Shown here one piece after another: positions 12,801 to 24,795 of a stretch of DNA of 64,000 bases. Position 1 is the stretch's first letter. Each line of letters begins with the position of its first letter. This DNA is from Klebsormidium nitens (taxonomy: Eukaryota > Plantae > Klebsormidiophyceae). Below the pieces are notes generated by a model, which saw only the letters and a program-made list of their open reading frames with translations, had not been told where the DNA came from and searched no databases. The position numbers and the translations under genes were made by a program. Where the stretch lies: NCBI GenBank assembly GCA_000708835.1, contig DF237065.1, forward strand, positions 62,001 through 126,000, read 5' to 3'.

Positions 12801-14737
12801 CCGGAGAGAACCCCGCACCCCTCTGGTCAGACGTCGGCGCCGACTCAGCCAGTGCAGGAAGGGGCGGGGAGAGAGCCGCCTCCTTGTCCAATGCATCGAG
12901 CTTTGCCGATGCACCTCCTGCAAGCTTTCCCCCTGCCTTCTTCTTAGCAGACTTCTTCTTGGCTTTCCCCGCTGCCAAACCGCTGCTTTCTGGGGGGGGC
13001 ACTTCGGTTTCTGCAAGGCTTTGCTTGGACCCCCCACAGGCGACCAGACCCGCACTCAGCTTCGCATCTCCCGGCTTCTCAGCCCCCTGGCCCATCTTGG
13101 CACCGTTCTTGGGAGTTTTGAAAGCATTGCTCTCCTGCGCGGAAAGACCCCTGGCTTCCTTTCCGAGCTTCTCTGCCCGTGCGTTGGCCCTTGGAACTTC
13201 GTTCTCCTTCCCCTCTTCTGCTATTTTCTGCATCTTCGACTTTGGCTTCTTTCTCTTCCCTTGGGCCTCTTCCTCATTATCGTCCTGGGGGGGTGGTTTG
13301 GCAGGCTGAGAGCAGAGGATCTGGACCCCCAGGGCGCGTTCCATCTCGGCGTATGCGGCAACGACTTGGTCCACACTGGCAGCAGGGCGGAGATCTGGAA
13401 GGCGACAGATTGCTCTGGGTAAAAGCCAGTGCCAAGGGATTTGATGGGCGCCAGTGCCAAGGGATTTGATGGGCGCCAGTGCCAAGGGATTTGATGGGCG
13501 CCCTTCATGCATCTCATGAATGCACAAAAGCTAGGTTGTTCTGAAGCAAGAGGGACAGAGGAAGTGCTTACGAACGGGAAGAAGAAGGAATAGGCATGAC
13601 AACTGCACCTCTACATGGACAGACATGGGAGAACATTGCTTTAGAGATTTAGCGTTGGTGGCACTGGCGGAAGCAGTCTCGTCTGCTGGTTGAGAATGTA
13701 AGAGACAAGTTGCCTTGGCTGACATTTTTGACAAATTTGAGAGGATGGCAGCTTTGAGTCTGAGGAAGCGAAACACAAAAGCATTTCGCTCACCCCTCTT
13801 GTGCGCCGGCTTCTTGCACACTGGACATGACGCCTTGGTCAAGATGGACTGCTGGATGCATCCCCTGAATTTGAAGAGCAACAAAAATTGAAGCCTGGTA
13901 TCTGTAAAGCGTGCATGCCCAGAAAGGGTCTTAGAGAAGCAATGAAATGATTAGGCCTGCAGAAGCACTGCATGCTTGAGGAAAACGGACTTTAATACAA
14001 ATACTTTGCTTCGTGTCAGGATGCTTAGCTTCCACATAGGCGGTTTACATCCTCTAGCTCCACATGGGACAAAGCTACTGGTTGAACGTGCTTGTCAGTT
14101 ACTGTGTGCTTCAGAGAGACATTGAGAACCAGATACAAGCAAGTATTTGTTGTAAGGCATCGTGTGAGAGGCATCGATTTGACACTTGCTTCAGAAAAGC
14201 TCGACTAGAATGGCATACCTGCAGAAGCAGTGGTTGCAGGCAAGGTGGACTGCACTTTTCAAAAGGCCAAGGCTGCAGAGCAAGAGCGATCAGTATGATT
14301 AGCAAGTATCCATCTCGGAAGGTTTTTGCTTCACAAGCTGCTGCAGGTTAGCAGATCAATTGGACTCCCTAGGTGAACAAACTTGAAAGGATATTTCGTG
14401 CATTCTTTTCCTCAGAGGACGTCTTCTCAGTCAGCATCTGAAGGAATATGCACATCAGCTGCCTTGAGAATTCTCAATATCACAACTGCAGGTTACATGC
14501 TTCAAGGTGTCATGATTCTTTGTCTCCCCAAAGTGCTTTCTCACTCCTTCTCCAGCTCCATGCTTACAACCATTGGTCAAAGGTTTCTTTGCTGGAGACT
14601 GTCAACTTAGCATCCTGTTGCAAGTATCAGGCATCCCGGCAAGTGCTAAAGAGATTTCCACGAGGCTGTCAATGTTCAACTCACCAAATGGGGCAGGTCA
14701 ATTCTTTGCCCAGCTTGAGGACTGACTCCGCCTGCAT
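6879..14737 (-). CDS. BRCA1: Plant-type BRCA1/BARD1-family protein (RING - low-complexity linker - extended PHD - 2 BRCT), 11 coding exons
   Basis: Exons 14737-14685 (MQAESVLKLGKELTCPIC), 14272-14219 (LGLLKSAVHLACNHCFC), 13864-13794 (CIQQSILTKASCPVCKKP), 13394-11657 (linker, VCGFC..VHELCAQW), 11242-11056 (APNV..LKCSVCSRRGAALGC..CRHTYHYAC), 10483-10329, 9904-9784 (WVLTGSGLS), 9131-8966 (DWSPAVTHVI..KRTLKYL), 8399-8284, 7657-7520 (LFDGIDFFLSG), 7118-6879 (WLLDSAS). All phases match. BRCA1 versus BARD1 not resolvable without a tree. Confidence 0.88.
8530..8800. repeat. Three degenerate ~100-bp tandem units inside a BRCA1 intron
   Basis: ATAGAAC..GGAGCA(A/G)GGCG..CAGAAA..GAA(C/T)CGAG..GTATA recurs at ~8531, 8631 and 8731. 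Confidence 0.75.
13426..13500. repeat. Perfect 3 x 25-bp tandem repeat near a BRCA1 3' splice site
   Basis: CCAGTGCCAAGGGATTTGATGGGCG occurs three times, read directly. Confidence 0.95.
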
Positions 14738-15405
14738 TTTGCAAGGCAACAGCTAAGACTAGGTCAAGACTTTGACTTTGAATTGTCTCTGCTGATTGCA
14801 ACAGCTACATACCGTAGAAGATTAGCAGCTCGACAACATCCCCGCAGTGTCCTCGCACAAGGCACTAGAAAAGCCCTTCTTTTTGGCCAAAGCGCTCTCC
14901 TTCCAACGCGCTTCGACTTCGGAGTCTTCCGCTGCCTTGGGCATTTTTGGAAGCTGAGGCTAGAATTCGCGGTGTTTGGCGGGAGTGTTTCAAAGGTCCA
15001 GGGTTTGGTAGGACGTCCGCGCCGGCCATTCCGAAGCCGGCCGCGCACATTGCATTCGCCGGGCGGCCGCGCGCGGCAGCGCCAAAGTCACTTCAATGCC
15101 CCGGTATGGTACCTTCCAAGTATCAAGTGCTAGCAGGCTACAGTCTACGTTGCGATAATACAACATCATGGTATGTACCGGCCCGTTGATGACACACAGC
15201 CACCTCATTTCAGACAGCTCATTGGCGTGAGCTACGGAAGCGCCTGCATTGACATCATTGTTGAGCTACGTTCCTTTTCGGCTCTAGCTTTAGGGTTTTG
15301 TTCTACCTCCCGCCTCCTTCTAGCTCGCACTGTTTTCCAGATTGTCAGCAAAGCAAGCATTAGAAAATCAATTTCTCCGGTTTTTGACATATTCTGGTGG
15401 AAAAG
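14738..15405. promoter_or_regulatory. Divergent (bidirectional) promoter/5'UTR region between BRCA1 and ALG1
   Basis: Start codons face away from each other 668 bp apart (14737 minus, 15406 plus). TSS not visible. Confidence 0.55.
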
Positions 15406-18400
15406 ATGGCCAAGCGTGGCCGCGCGACGGTGGTCGTGCTGGGGGACCTGGGGCGAAGCCCCCGGATGCAGTATCACGCTTTGTCCCTGGCAGAGCAGGT
15501 ATGTATGCGGCCAAGGATTTTCGTAACTTGAAACAAAGGTCGTAGGCCAGTTTTGTTGAGACCACTTTTTGGTTGCCCCTTACTTGCTCCTATTCAAGCC
15601 TGCTTCTGTTTTGCATGTCCTGTTCGCGACTGCTTAGTCACGCTGAAGGAGAGGGGGTGAAGGATTTCATGCAGAATCATGACCTATGCCTGCAATGCTG
15701 AGACGCTGTAGCTTTGCTTTATGCAAAATTGTTCGAAAGTGACGATTGTCTTAGCTTTAACCAGCTTTGAGTAGCTATGAATACTGGTGTGCAATCTGGG
15801 TTGGGCTCTGGTGCTCCATAAAATTCACTTCTTAAGGTTGAGATGTTGTCAGTTTGGTCTGCCTTGCTTTGCATACGTGAATTGGGCACTGGTTTGAAGC
15901 GAAGGCATTTGTTCAAAGTTTGTAAACTTTTTCTCGGAGGTAAATACAAATTCACTTCCTCGAAATAACGGGACATACTTGTCCGGAGACCATACCGTGA
16001 GTATACGGGGGCTACTATGGTAGAGAGACATCTTCAGTTGGTGCTAAGGGTGCTGACAAGACTGTTCACCAACTGTTCCTAGGATGACTTCCACATTATC
16101 AGAAAGATGATTTTGGGCTTCTCTTGAGCGCCTTCATATGGAGCAATGGTATAGCAGCTGCAGTGGGCTGTCCTCTACTCCTACTTTGAGCACATCTAGT
16201 TCTCCTGTTGATCAAATAAAATTCACAATTTTCAAAAGGTGGCTTCTTTGCTCTCGAAAACAATGTCACATTGCAGCGCCAAGCGCCCCTTGTCAACATA
16301 CAAGCCAGAAAGCTTCGACCGAATGTAGATTGTACTGACACCAGCTAGAACCTCTAAACAAATGTAGGTTGAAGCGACCCGAGCCAGGAACCTACGGTTC
16401 AACAATAGTAGTCATATATGTCAATCTTATGTGTTATCTTTGACACAGGCTGAGCTGCAAGTCGACGTTGTGGCGCACGCAGGGAGCGAGCCCCTCACGG
16501 CCCTCAAGGAGCACCCAAACGTCCACCTTCATCTTTCTGTGAGGCTGCCCTCCAGAGTGCCAGACATTCTTTCCATGGTGTCAATGTTGCGGGTCTTCTC
16601 TTCAGATGTTGGGGCAGTCACTGTACTGCTGATACCAGTGTTCACTGCTGCTTGTTCATTGAATTCGATGACTCGCAAAAATCTGTCATTGGTTCTGCTG
16701 CAACCTATTCCGAGTGCATAGCGTTAAACCCCCACAGCGTCAAGGGGCAACACAAAGGTTTGCCACAGACATGTGAAACGATTTTCCCAAGGTCGCAGTC
16801 CGTGTCACAAACAGCCTTTCGCAGAGTCTCTGACGGCTACCGTCAGTAGCCAAGCAAAGGGATCCCTCATCGCATATGACGACAGGCCATCTGAAGCGCA
16901 AGAGGAACCAACCTAGTTGCCCCTTTTTCTGACCACTCAAGTGTCACTTGAGAGGCAGGAAATTGGGTATGCTTCTCTTCTCATCTTGGTTCGCTTGCTG
17001 CGCCGGGTTACTTTCTTCTTGACACCGTTTCTTTGCTGCAGTCTCCGCCATGGTCTGCCAACTTGCCACGTGTCATGTACCTCCTGCTGCTGCCCTTCAA
17101 GGTCCTCGCGCAGTTTGTGTCGCTCCTGTGGGTGCTCTGTGTGACGATACCCCCACCGGACTTTATCATTGTTCAGGTGAGCCCCTTGTTGTGTCTCTTC
17201 CATCCTTTTTGGTCAGCTTTGTTTGTTGTTAATGACCTGCACTTGCTAGTCTTTGGTGAAGAAGACGTTTATGCAGGAATTGTTGTTCTGTGGAACATGG
17301 TATCCAATATTCGGGCCAGCGACACTAGTTGCTACCCTACAGATGTTTCATTATTTTAGGACGGTATTATTGGTTTAAACGTTCCCTTTTGCATACTTCT
17401 CCTCTCCACCATGTTCTCAACCCCTAGGAGAAAGTGGTAGAGCTTGCAACCAGATGTTGAGCCTTTGAGCTTTTGAGGGCCGTTGTTGACTGCCGCTGTG
17501 TCTGTCCCCATTATCCCACTGTACCACTTCTTCATCTTGCCGAGCATCATGGAACTTTCCAGAGAATTTTTCTCGCTTTCTCTTGCTGCAGAACCCCCCG
17601 TCCATCCCTTCCCTGACGGTGGTCCTGTTCGTGTGCTGGCTGCGCGGCGCGGCTATGGTGATTGACTGGCACAACTTTGGCTACACGCTCCTGGGGCTGA
17701 AGCTGGGGCTCTCGCACCCCTTCGTGCGCTACTACAAATGGTAATATATTATTAGGCGGAAGAAGCACTCGTTGTCTTGAGGTTCCAGACACGAGCTACT
17801 TTATGTTTCTCAGTCATTTCGGGGCTGGAGGTCTTCACGCTGAGCCGTCTTGATTCTCGAGCTCGGGACTTTCTCGGCACGAGGGGGTGTTGCACCCCTC
17901 GTGAGCCACAGTTGGTCACAAGCGTGTTGGGAATCCTATATTGCTCCAGTCCAAATCGACTCTTCGGCCGCTCTCCCCCAGCAAGCGTCCCCGCCCCCCT
18001 CAAAACGTCACCCGTTCGTCTGGAACAACCATCTGTCTTGTTTCCCCCGGGTATGAGAGGAAGTACGGCCGGATGGCTCACACCCACCTGTGCGTCATCA
18101 AGGCGTTGCAGCAGGAGCTCGCATCGACGCTAGCGCCTCTCCTCCCCACAGAAAAAATCCTCTTCAAAACAGCGCCTTATGGTTTGAACAGATATCCGTT
18201 TCCCGTTCCCCCCAGGTACGAAAGAAACTACAGCCGAACAATTTATGTCTCACCATTTTGTGACCAGAGCGAATTGGGGCATCAATGATAGCGCCTCTCT
18301 TCCCCAATAAAACGTTTTCTTGCCCCTCAAAAACATTGCGCGTGTTTCCCTCTTATAACAAATGTATGATGTGTTCCCCCCCAGGTACGAAAGAAACTAT

Positions 18401-21400
18401 GGTCGGATGGCGCACGCTCATCTGTGCGTCACCAAAGCGATGCAACAGGAGCTCGCGGCGAACTGGGGAATCAACGCCACGGTTCTCTACGACCGGCCCC
18501 CCGCCTTCTTCCGCCCGGCCACGCTCGAGGAGCGCCACGCGGTCAGCATGACGTCATCTCAACCACTCCAGCTGTGTCCTTGGTTTGCGTTCTGCTGCTT
18601 GTCTTCGACTTGTTTGGATTCTGCGTTTGGGGGTCACCTCTCGAAGCGATTGGGTTGCGCGAGAAACTTACAAGGAGTGCGATATATGCACAAAACGAAA
18701 GCAGATTGAAAGGATCCAAACGGGAGGTGGAAGGAACTACAATTAGAAACGAATGGTCAAGAATTGATACGAAATTCTGCGTTCTGCCTGCAGCTATTCT
18801 TGAAGCTGAACGACGCGATCTGCCGCCCCCCGAGTGACGTCAGCGACTGTTGCGGGACTGGGTCGTCAGAACCGGGGACTTCGGAGCGGAAGGGCGAACA
18901 GGACGATTCGTTGGACGACTACGTCATTGTGCCTCCGAGGTGAGTAGCGTGCGCTCTTCTGTCTTCTCATTAAGGACTTGCTTGAAGTTGAAAAAGTCAT
19001 GATGGCTCGCTTGTAAGTTGAAGAAGCCGATATACGTTATGTATGCTTATCTGGATTTGGCCAGCTGAAACGTGGAGAGAGATACAGAAGAGGAGCCAGG
19101 GCGGTGGAGTGCAAGTAAGGATTCGTGGTCGAAACCCTAGACGGAAACGCCGAAAAGGTTAATCGGATAAGGGAGACTAGGTTTGAGCCGATGACTCTCT
19201 TTTCCTCTCCTTCTGAGGCCCAGCTAACCCATCACCAAACCCACAACTCACAATTTCTCAACTCTACCCAAGTGTACGTTCTGACCCGGATCCACAGGGT
19301 TGAGAAGACCGTCACCTCTTCCCACCATCTTGGCAGCATTGTTTCGCCCGGCGGCCGACGATTTGCTTTCCTTATCGTCAAAAACCCCGTCAGGAAACGA
19401 TATGAAACCAGATTTAACCCGATTTCTGACCCCGCTTTCCAGGGTTGAGGAGACCGTGATCTCTTCCCACCACATGGGCAGCATCGCTCCCCCGTCTTCG
19501 GACGGGGATGGCGCGTCGTCGTCCGGCGGATCTTCGGACACGGTGTACGAGGAACAGGGGATCGCGCTCAAGCCGGACCGGCCGGCCGTCATTGTGAGCA
19601 GCACGAGCTGGTGAGAATACGCCCCCAATCGACGCCCCCGATGATTGCTGGTTGTAGTGGGTCTCCATGAGAAAACTCCTTCACAACAGGATGGGTTTTG
19701 TTTTTTTTGCAACAAACAGATACAACCAGGAGATTGCGCAAAACATCAAATAGGTTGAGAAGATACGTTGTTAATCGGCTTCTTCAATTCAGGGCTACCA
19801 GTGAAGTCCCCCCGACTGCTCTCGATATGGTCCCAATATGCCGTTTGAGCTCTGTTGTCTAGTCCCGTCACAACGTCCGGCTCTTCTACCGAATTGCTTC
19901 TTCTCGATCATTGCCGTAAGCTGGAAAGCGGAGTCTTTTTTGATCGCCTGAAAGGCAGAATCACGTGCAATCTCGCAGTTGCCTGATCCACAAGTCCAAT
20001 ATTCGGCATTTCAAAATTCCGTGTGTAACACCGAACGAGGATTTTGACGTCCTGTTGCAAGCGGCGATGATGAACAAGCTCCGAACCCCTTACCCATCTC
20101 CTTCTCGGAATGTTTGTTATCTGTCGAAGGCCCGGATCTCCTGTGATCTTCCTACTTCCTGAATTTACGTGCCTTTTGCAATTTTTTGCAGGACACCCGA
20201 CGAGGACTTCGACGTCCTATTGCAAGCGGCCATGATGTATGATCTTCGAGCGGCCAAGCTGATGGGGGACAACACGCCGGGCGAGCCGTCGACCGCTGGA
20301 TCGCAGCGCTACCCCCGCCTGCTCTTCCTCATCACGGGTACGTCATCTTTTCAGATCGAAGCATGCGAAAGGAAAAAAGAGGAAAACCTGAAGCATTCTT
20401 GGTTCGCCGCCTGCTCTTACTCATTATGCGTACGTCATCTCAATCAAACAAAAGGGGATGGGAAGCAGAGGACAAAGAACACAGCGTTATCATTTTCCAA
20501 CCGCCTCTTCATCATTACGAGTGGGTCATCTTCCTAAAAAGGAGGATTTCCTGGGGGAAAAGCGTATGAGAAGAAAACATGTGAACCATAGTGGGTTCCC
20601 CACCTCCTCTTCGTTGTTACCGGTACGTCATCTAATCGGAACGGAGAGTTGGGGTGGGAAAGAGATCAGAAGCAAGACACAGAGTGTTACGGGTATTTCC
20701 GACTGCTTTTCCTTATTGAGGATATTTGTCCTGATGTAACAAACTCTGGTGATGCGAAGGACATGAGGAGAAGGAAAGCAGGGAATATCTCGCTTTGTGA
20801 GAGTGCAACTGTGCGGGCGGTCAAGTTGTGGGTCGCCAATGGCCACTCTGACTGACTGTATCTTTGACGTGAGAATCCTCGACCTAGTGTTTGAAGTGTC
20901 TGCCCTGCTCCGAAGTTTTGCTCGACGTGTGCAAAGATTTATTGTAGACTGATGCTTTGATCTTTGAATCTTTGTACTCGCTGGGGACTTCTTGGCATTG
21001 ACAAACGAAGTCGGTTTCAGAGGTCGTTTTCTTTTCTCTTGCAATTAGGACAGTGGTGGCATTTTGGTGTTCGATAATCTGCAGAAGCTCGGCAGCGAGT
21101 GGAGGTTGAGCTTAGCTCCACCCTCGGTGCATTCTTTCTGCTTGTCGGGGAACGATTGGGTGTAGTCTTTTATCAACCCAGCTTTACAGGACATTCTGGT
21201 CTTTCACATCCTTTCATCTGACCCTTTCCCTCCCCTTCTCCCGCAGGCAAGGGCCCGCTGAAGGCGCAGTTTGAGGAACGCGTCGCTAAGCTGCGCCTCA
21301 AGCGCGTGGCCTTCCGTACGCTCTGGCTCAGCTCGGAGGACTACCCGCGACTCCTTGGTGAGCCTTCTCTAGTTCTTCCTTTCCCACTCCACTGCTCCTC

Positions 21401-23290
21401 TGCATTGGACTTTGCGCTGTGCACTTTGCGCTTCTGCCTTTCATCTTTCTTTGCTCGCGGCCGCTTGGTGAGCCTCCTCTAGTTCTTTCCCTCTCCCGTC
21501 TCCTACTCCTCTGCTTTGCGCTTCCGCCTTTCTTTCTCTTTTCCCTTTCTTCCGTTTCACTTGTAATTCTGCTTTCTACGTGCGCCCGATCTCTCGCTTC
21601 TTCGGCAGCTGCTTGGTGATCATTTCTGGGTGAGACAACCCCTTGCCTAACGACCCCTTCTTTTTTCTCAAGCTTCGCTGACCTCGGCGCCTCGCTACAT
21701 ATATCTTCCTTGGGCGTGGACCTGGCAGTAGTACTCGAAAGTTTTCTGATTTCTTCGCAATCATTTCAGAATCGGACATTCCTGAGACTTCAGTGTACCA
21801 AACAATCCCTCGATTCTCCACTCTGCTGCCCTGAGTGTCTCGCTGCACGCGTTCTCCCCCGGGCCGGATCCTCTCGTAAAATTGGGTTTGGTTATGTTTG
21901 CTTGAAAACCCCAATAAGCTTAACCCTCAAAATGCAAGAAACCTCGACCTCCGTTCCAACAGGCGCTGCTGATATTGGCGTGTCAATGCACACGTCCTCC
22001 TCGGGCCTGGACCTGACATCAGGGTTTTGAGTACGCTTGGATATGACTTCCCTGCCGATTATCTCTGGGACTCGGTTGTACCTAACGAAGCTCGTTCCTC
22101 TCTATACTCTGCTGACCTCGGCGTCTCGCTGCACACGTCGTCCTCAAGTCGGGACCTGCGCATGCCAATGCTGGACATATATTGCCATCCCCAGAGATCC
22201 TCGACAAGAAAAGTTCCAAACACTTATATTGCCAATCTCTTGCAGGCTCTGCTGACCTCGGCGTCTCGCTGCACACGTCATCCTCTGGCCTGGACCCGCC
22301 CGTGAAGGTGGCGGACAGATTCTGATACGTTGACCTGCAATTTCCACACCCGGAATAAGACCCTTACCGACTTGACAACTCTCTTTCCTTTCCAGGTTCT
22401 GCTGATCTCGGCGTCTCGCTGCACACGTCCTCCTCGGGCCTGGACCTGCCGATGAAGGTGGTGGACATGTTTGGGTGCGCGCTCCCCGTGTGCGCGCGCG
22501 CCTACTCGTGCATCGGCGAGCTCGTGCGCGACCGCGAGAACGGCCTCCTCTTCTCCGCGCCGACGGAGCTGGCGGACCAGCTGATGGAGCTCTTCCGAGG
22601 CTTTCCGCAGGTGGGGCGTTACAAGGGTTTTAAAGGTACTATTGTATTATAGCTTTTGAGGGTATTAGGGTCGTAGAGCTCTTCCGGTTTCAGTGTCTCA
22701 AAAAGCTGTAGCGTTGAGGTCTTTAATGTCCTATGGAGTTCAAGTTTACAGACCCCGGAGATGGAGAGCGGACTAGCTGTGGACCTTTTCCGAGGTTTTC
22801 CACAGGTGCGGTTGAGTATTCCAAGAGTTTCAGCTTGAGACCTTCAGGGTTGTGTTAGGTTCAGGCGTGCGGATCACTGTTGCTGACCCGGCGTGCTCTT
22901 ACAAGTACAAACGGTCTCGCTCTTTTCAGCGCGCTCGGAGCTGTCCACCTGCTTTGCAATTCCAACATCTGGAGATTCCTGGATCCGTCTCATCAAATTT
23001 TGGGGATGAAGCTCTGACATGATTTTGAATCCGCACGTCAGGGCAATGGGCGTCATTTCCCGCCCCTCAGAGCTCCTGGACTAGAGAAGTGCCACGTGTC
23101 AGCGGACTCCGTTTCCAGCAAACGCAGATTGCAACGTGTCACTTGACTATTTGCCCTCTTTTCATCGCAGAGCGGGGGCGAGCTGCTCAAGGGCCTGCGG
23201 AAGGGCTCAGCGCAGAGCAGGGCTGTCGGTTGGCAAGAGGAGTGGGGGAAGCGCGTTCTCCCGCTCCTGGAGGGTCTCAAAAGAGCGTAG
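15406..23290 (+). CDS. ALG1: Chitobiosyldiphosphodolichol beta-1,4-mannosyltransferase, 11 exons
   Basis: Exons 15406-15498 ([21 protein letters not shown]), 16449-16538, 17042-17176, 17592-17740 ([16 protein letters not shown]), 18385-18541 ([14 protein letters not shown]), 18794-18939, 19443-19610 ([11 protein letters not shown]), 20192-20337 (TPDEDF..ITG), 21247-21357 ([17 protein letters not shown]), 22396-22610 ([27 protein letters not shown]), 23171-23290. Phases consistent. Confidence 0.97.
17880..22810 (+). repeat. Degenerate partial duplicates ('echoes') of ALG1 exon edges plus splice sites inside ALG1 introns
   Basis: Exon-5 start copies at 18051 and 18216; exon-7 start copy at 19298; exon-8 start copy at ~20028; exon-9 donor copies at ~21460 and ~21605; exon-10 start copies at ~21673, 21963, 22108 and 22246; exon-10 donor copy at ~22782-22810. 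Confidence 0.9.
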
Positions 23291-24035
23291 TTCGGAAAAT
23301 CTCGGAGGGACTATCTAGTGGGCGCTGTACTTATGTTGACTCGAAGCTCGTTTGAGGGCTACTGTATGCGAAGGGCCTGCTTGGCAGTCGTTCAAATAGT
23401 TGCATATGTGTGGTTCGTTAGTTCGGAGTACGGTCGGTTATGGGACCATTGTATATGTATGTCTAGGTTTACGCAAGGCTCGCTCGTAGGTGCTTGTTTG
23501 GGTGGGGCTGCCCAACTTGTAGATTGCTCGAATGGGTTCGAAGCTTGCCCTCAGTGTACAAAACAACACCACTAATGCTTGAGGACATCAGGCAGATCGT
23601 ATTGGTTGGATCGACCCATGTCACTGTTGTGCCTGCAATGAGGGTTCGCATCGACCCTAATAAAAGCAGCAAAAAAGCTGCCACCTTTCTGAGCTTGTGT
23701 CATTTGAAATGTTTAGTAGATCCACGTAGTGGAACAAACCAAAAGCTACGGTATTTTGGCCTGAAAAGTACCGCACGATCCTTAGCTGGGCCGGGTGTGT
23801 ATTGGAGGCCTAACCTTGTCATGGCAAGCGATATCCATGGCATTTCTTGCCAATGAGATTGCGTTACCGGTTTTGCTGCTTTCGGAAACTGATGACGGCG
23901 ATGCACATGAGCTCGGGATCGATCTGCCCAGCTGCAGATTCGTTGTGGATTGCTCATGATGTTTATATGTCCCAATGCTAACGGTCATATATCTTGGGTC
24001 GGCAAGCATGGCGGCCGGAAATTATATTGAATACT

Positions 24036-24795
24036 CACAAGCAACCTACGGTGGGTATCGGCGGTCTCGATCGCGCGACGATCCGGTCACAAATTTGAAT
24101 CACCGGTGTGTCGCGTCGCGACAATTACTGTACGCGGTACTGACGACCGTGCAGACCGGTACTTGAGAATCCGGTCCGAGTTCATAAATTAGAATCTGTC
24201 TGACATTCCGATCGTCAGAAACTTCCGGAGTTTCCGGCGGTACGGTACCGATCAAGTCTGACCGTACGTGAAATTTGAAAATCATGGTTTCGATCGGAAG
24301 TTCCGACTCGAACCACCCTAGAGTACCGCGGTACCTAACTTGAAAGGAGAGTGCAGAAGATGGAAACGGGAGTGTAGGGAATGGCGCTTTTTAGAAGCAA
24401 GCAATGGCGGCCAACTTTGCAGCCACGATGGTGCTTCTTCCGATTTGTCCTCAACATAACAAGATGTTGGAGCTTCGAAGGAGCCTTCATGACGCTCTCC
24501 CAACATTTTTTTCTGCTTGTCAGAGGTTTTTATAAGCTGCATATGGCTCTTCTTTGCGTGCCAATTTGATGCTCCTCTCAAAGTGTAAAACCTGACACTG
24601 TCTAAGAATCTCCTCACACTTACTTACGGCCCGGCAAAATTTTTCTGAGTATTTGTACCGCCCGAGTAACATAAACCTGAGTAGCCGTGACGCGAACCGC
24701 CGGTAACACTGACGATATTCGATACGCGCTAAATCGATTTTGTGGCGGCCGGAGTCGGAATCGACTCGGCCGGTACCCACCATAGGTAGCTTGTG
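24036..24795. mobile_element. Non-autonomous CMC/CACTA-like DNA transposon (~760 bp)
   Basis: TIR CACAAGCAACCTACGGTGGGTATCGGC versus GCCGGTACCCACCATAGGTAGCTTGTG (3 mismatches in 27). CT flanks both ends (candidate 2-bp TSD). Many internal CGGTAC/GTACCG repeats. Confidence 0.75.

Noticed and set aside
11643-13422. Many overlapping plus-strand ORFs (up to 236 aa)
   Set aside because: Antisense shadows of the GC-rich, low-complexity BRCA1 exon 4.
18051-22320. RIP-like mutagenesis as a general explanation of echo divergence
   Set aside because: The exon-5 pair is C-to-T/G-to-A rich, but the exon-10 echoes show T-to-C, A-to-G and transversions. Kept only as a sub-hypothesis.
21672-22440. CRISPR-like array (repeats separated by unique spacers)
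   Set aside because: Units are decayed copies of an ALG1 exon start in a eukaryotic intron, with irregular spacing and no cas genes.
23494-23856. 120-aa ORF downstream of ALG1 as a possible transposase fragment
   Set aside because: No recognisable motif, non-ATG start, and no splice or codon-bias support; probably 3'UTR or intergenic.
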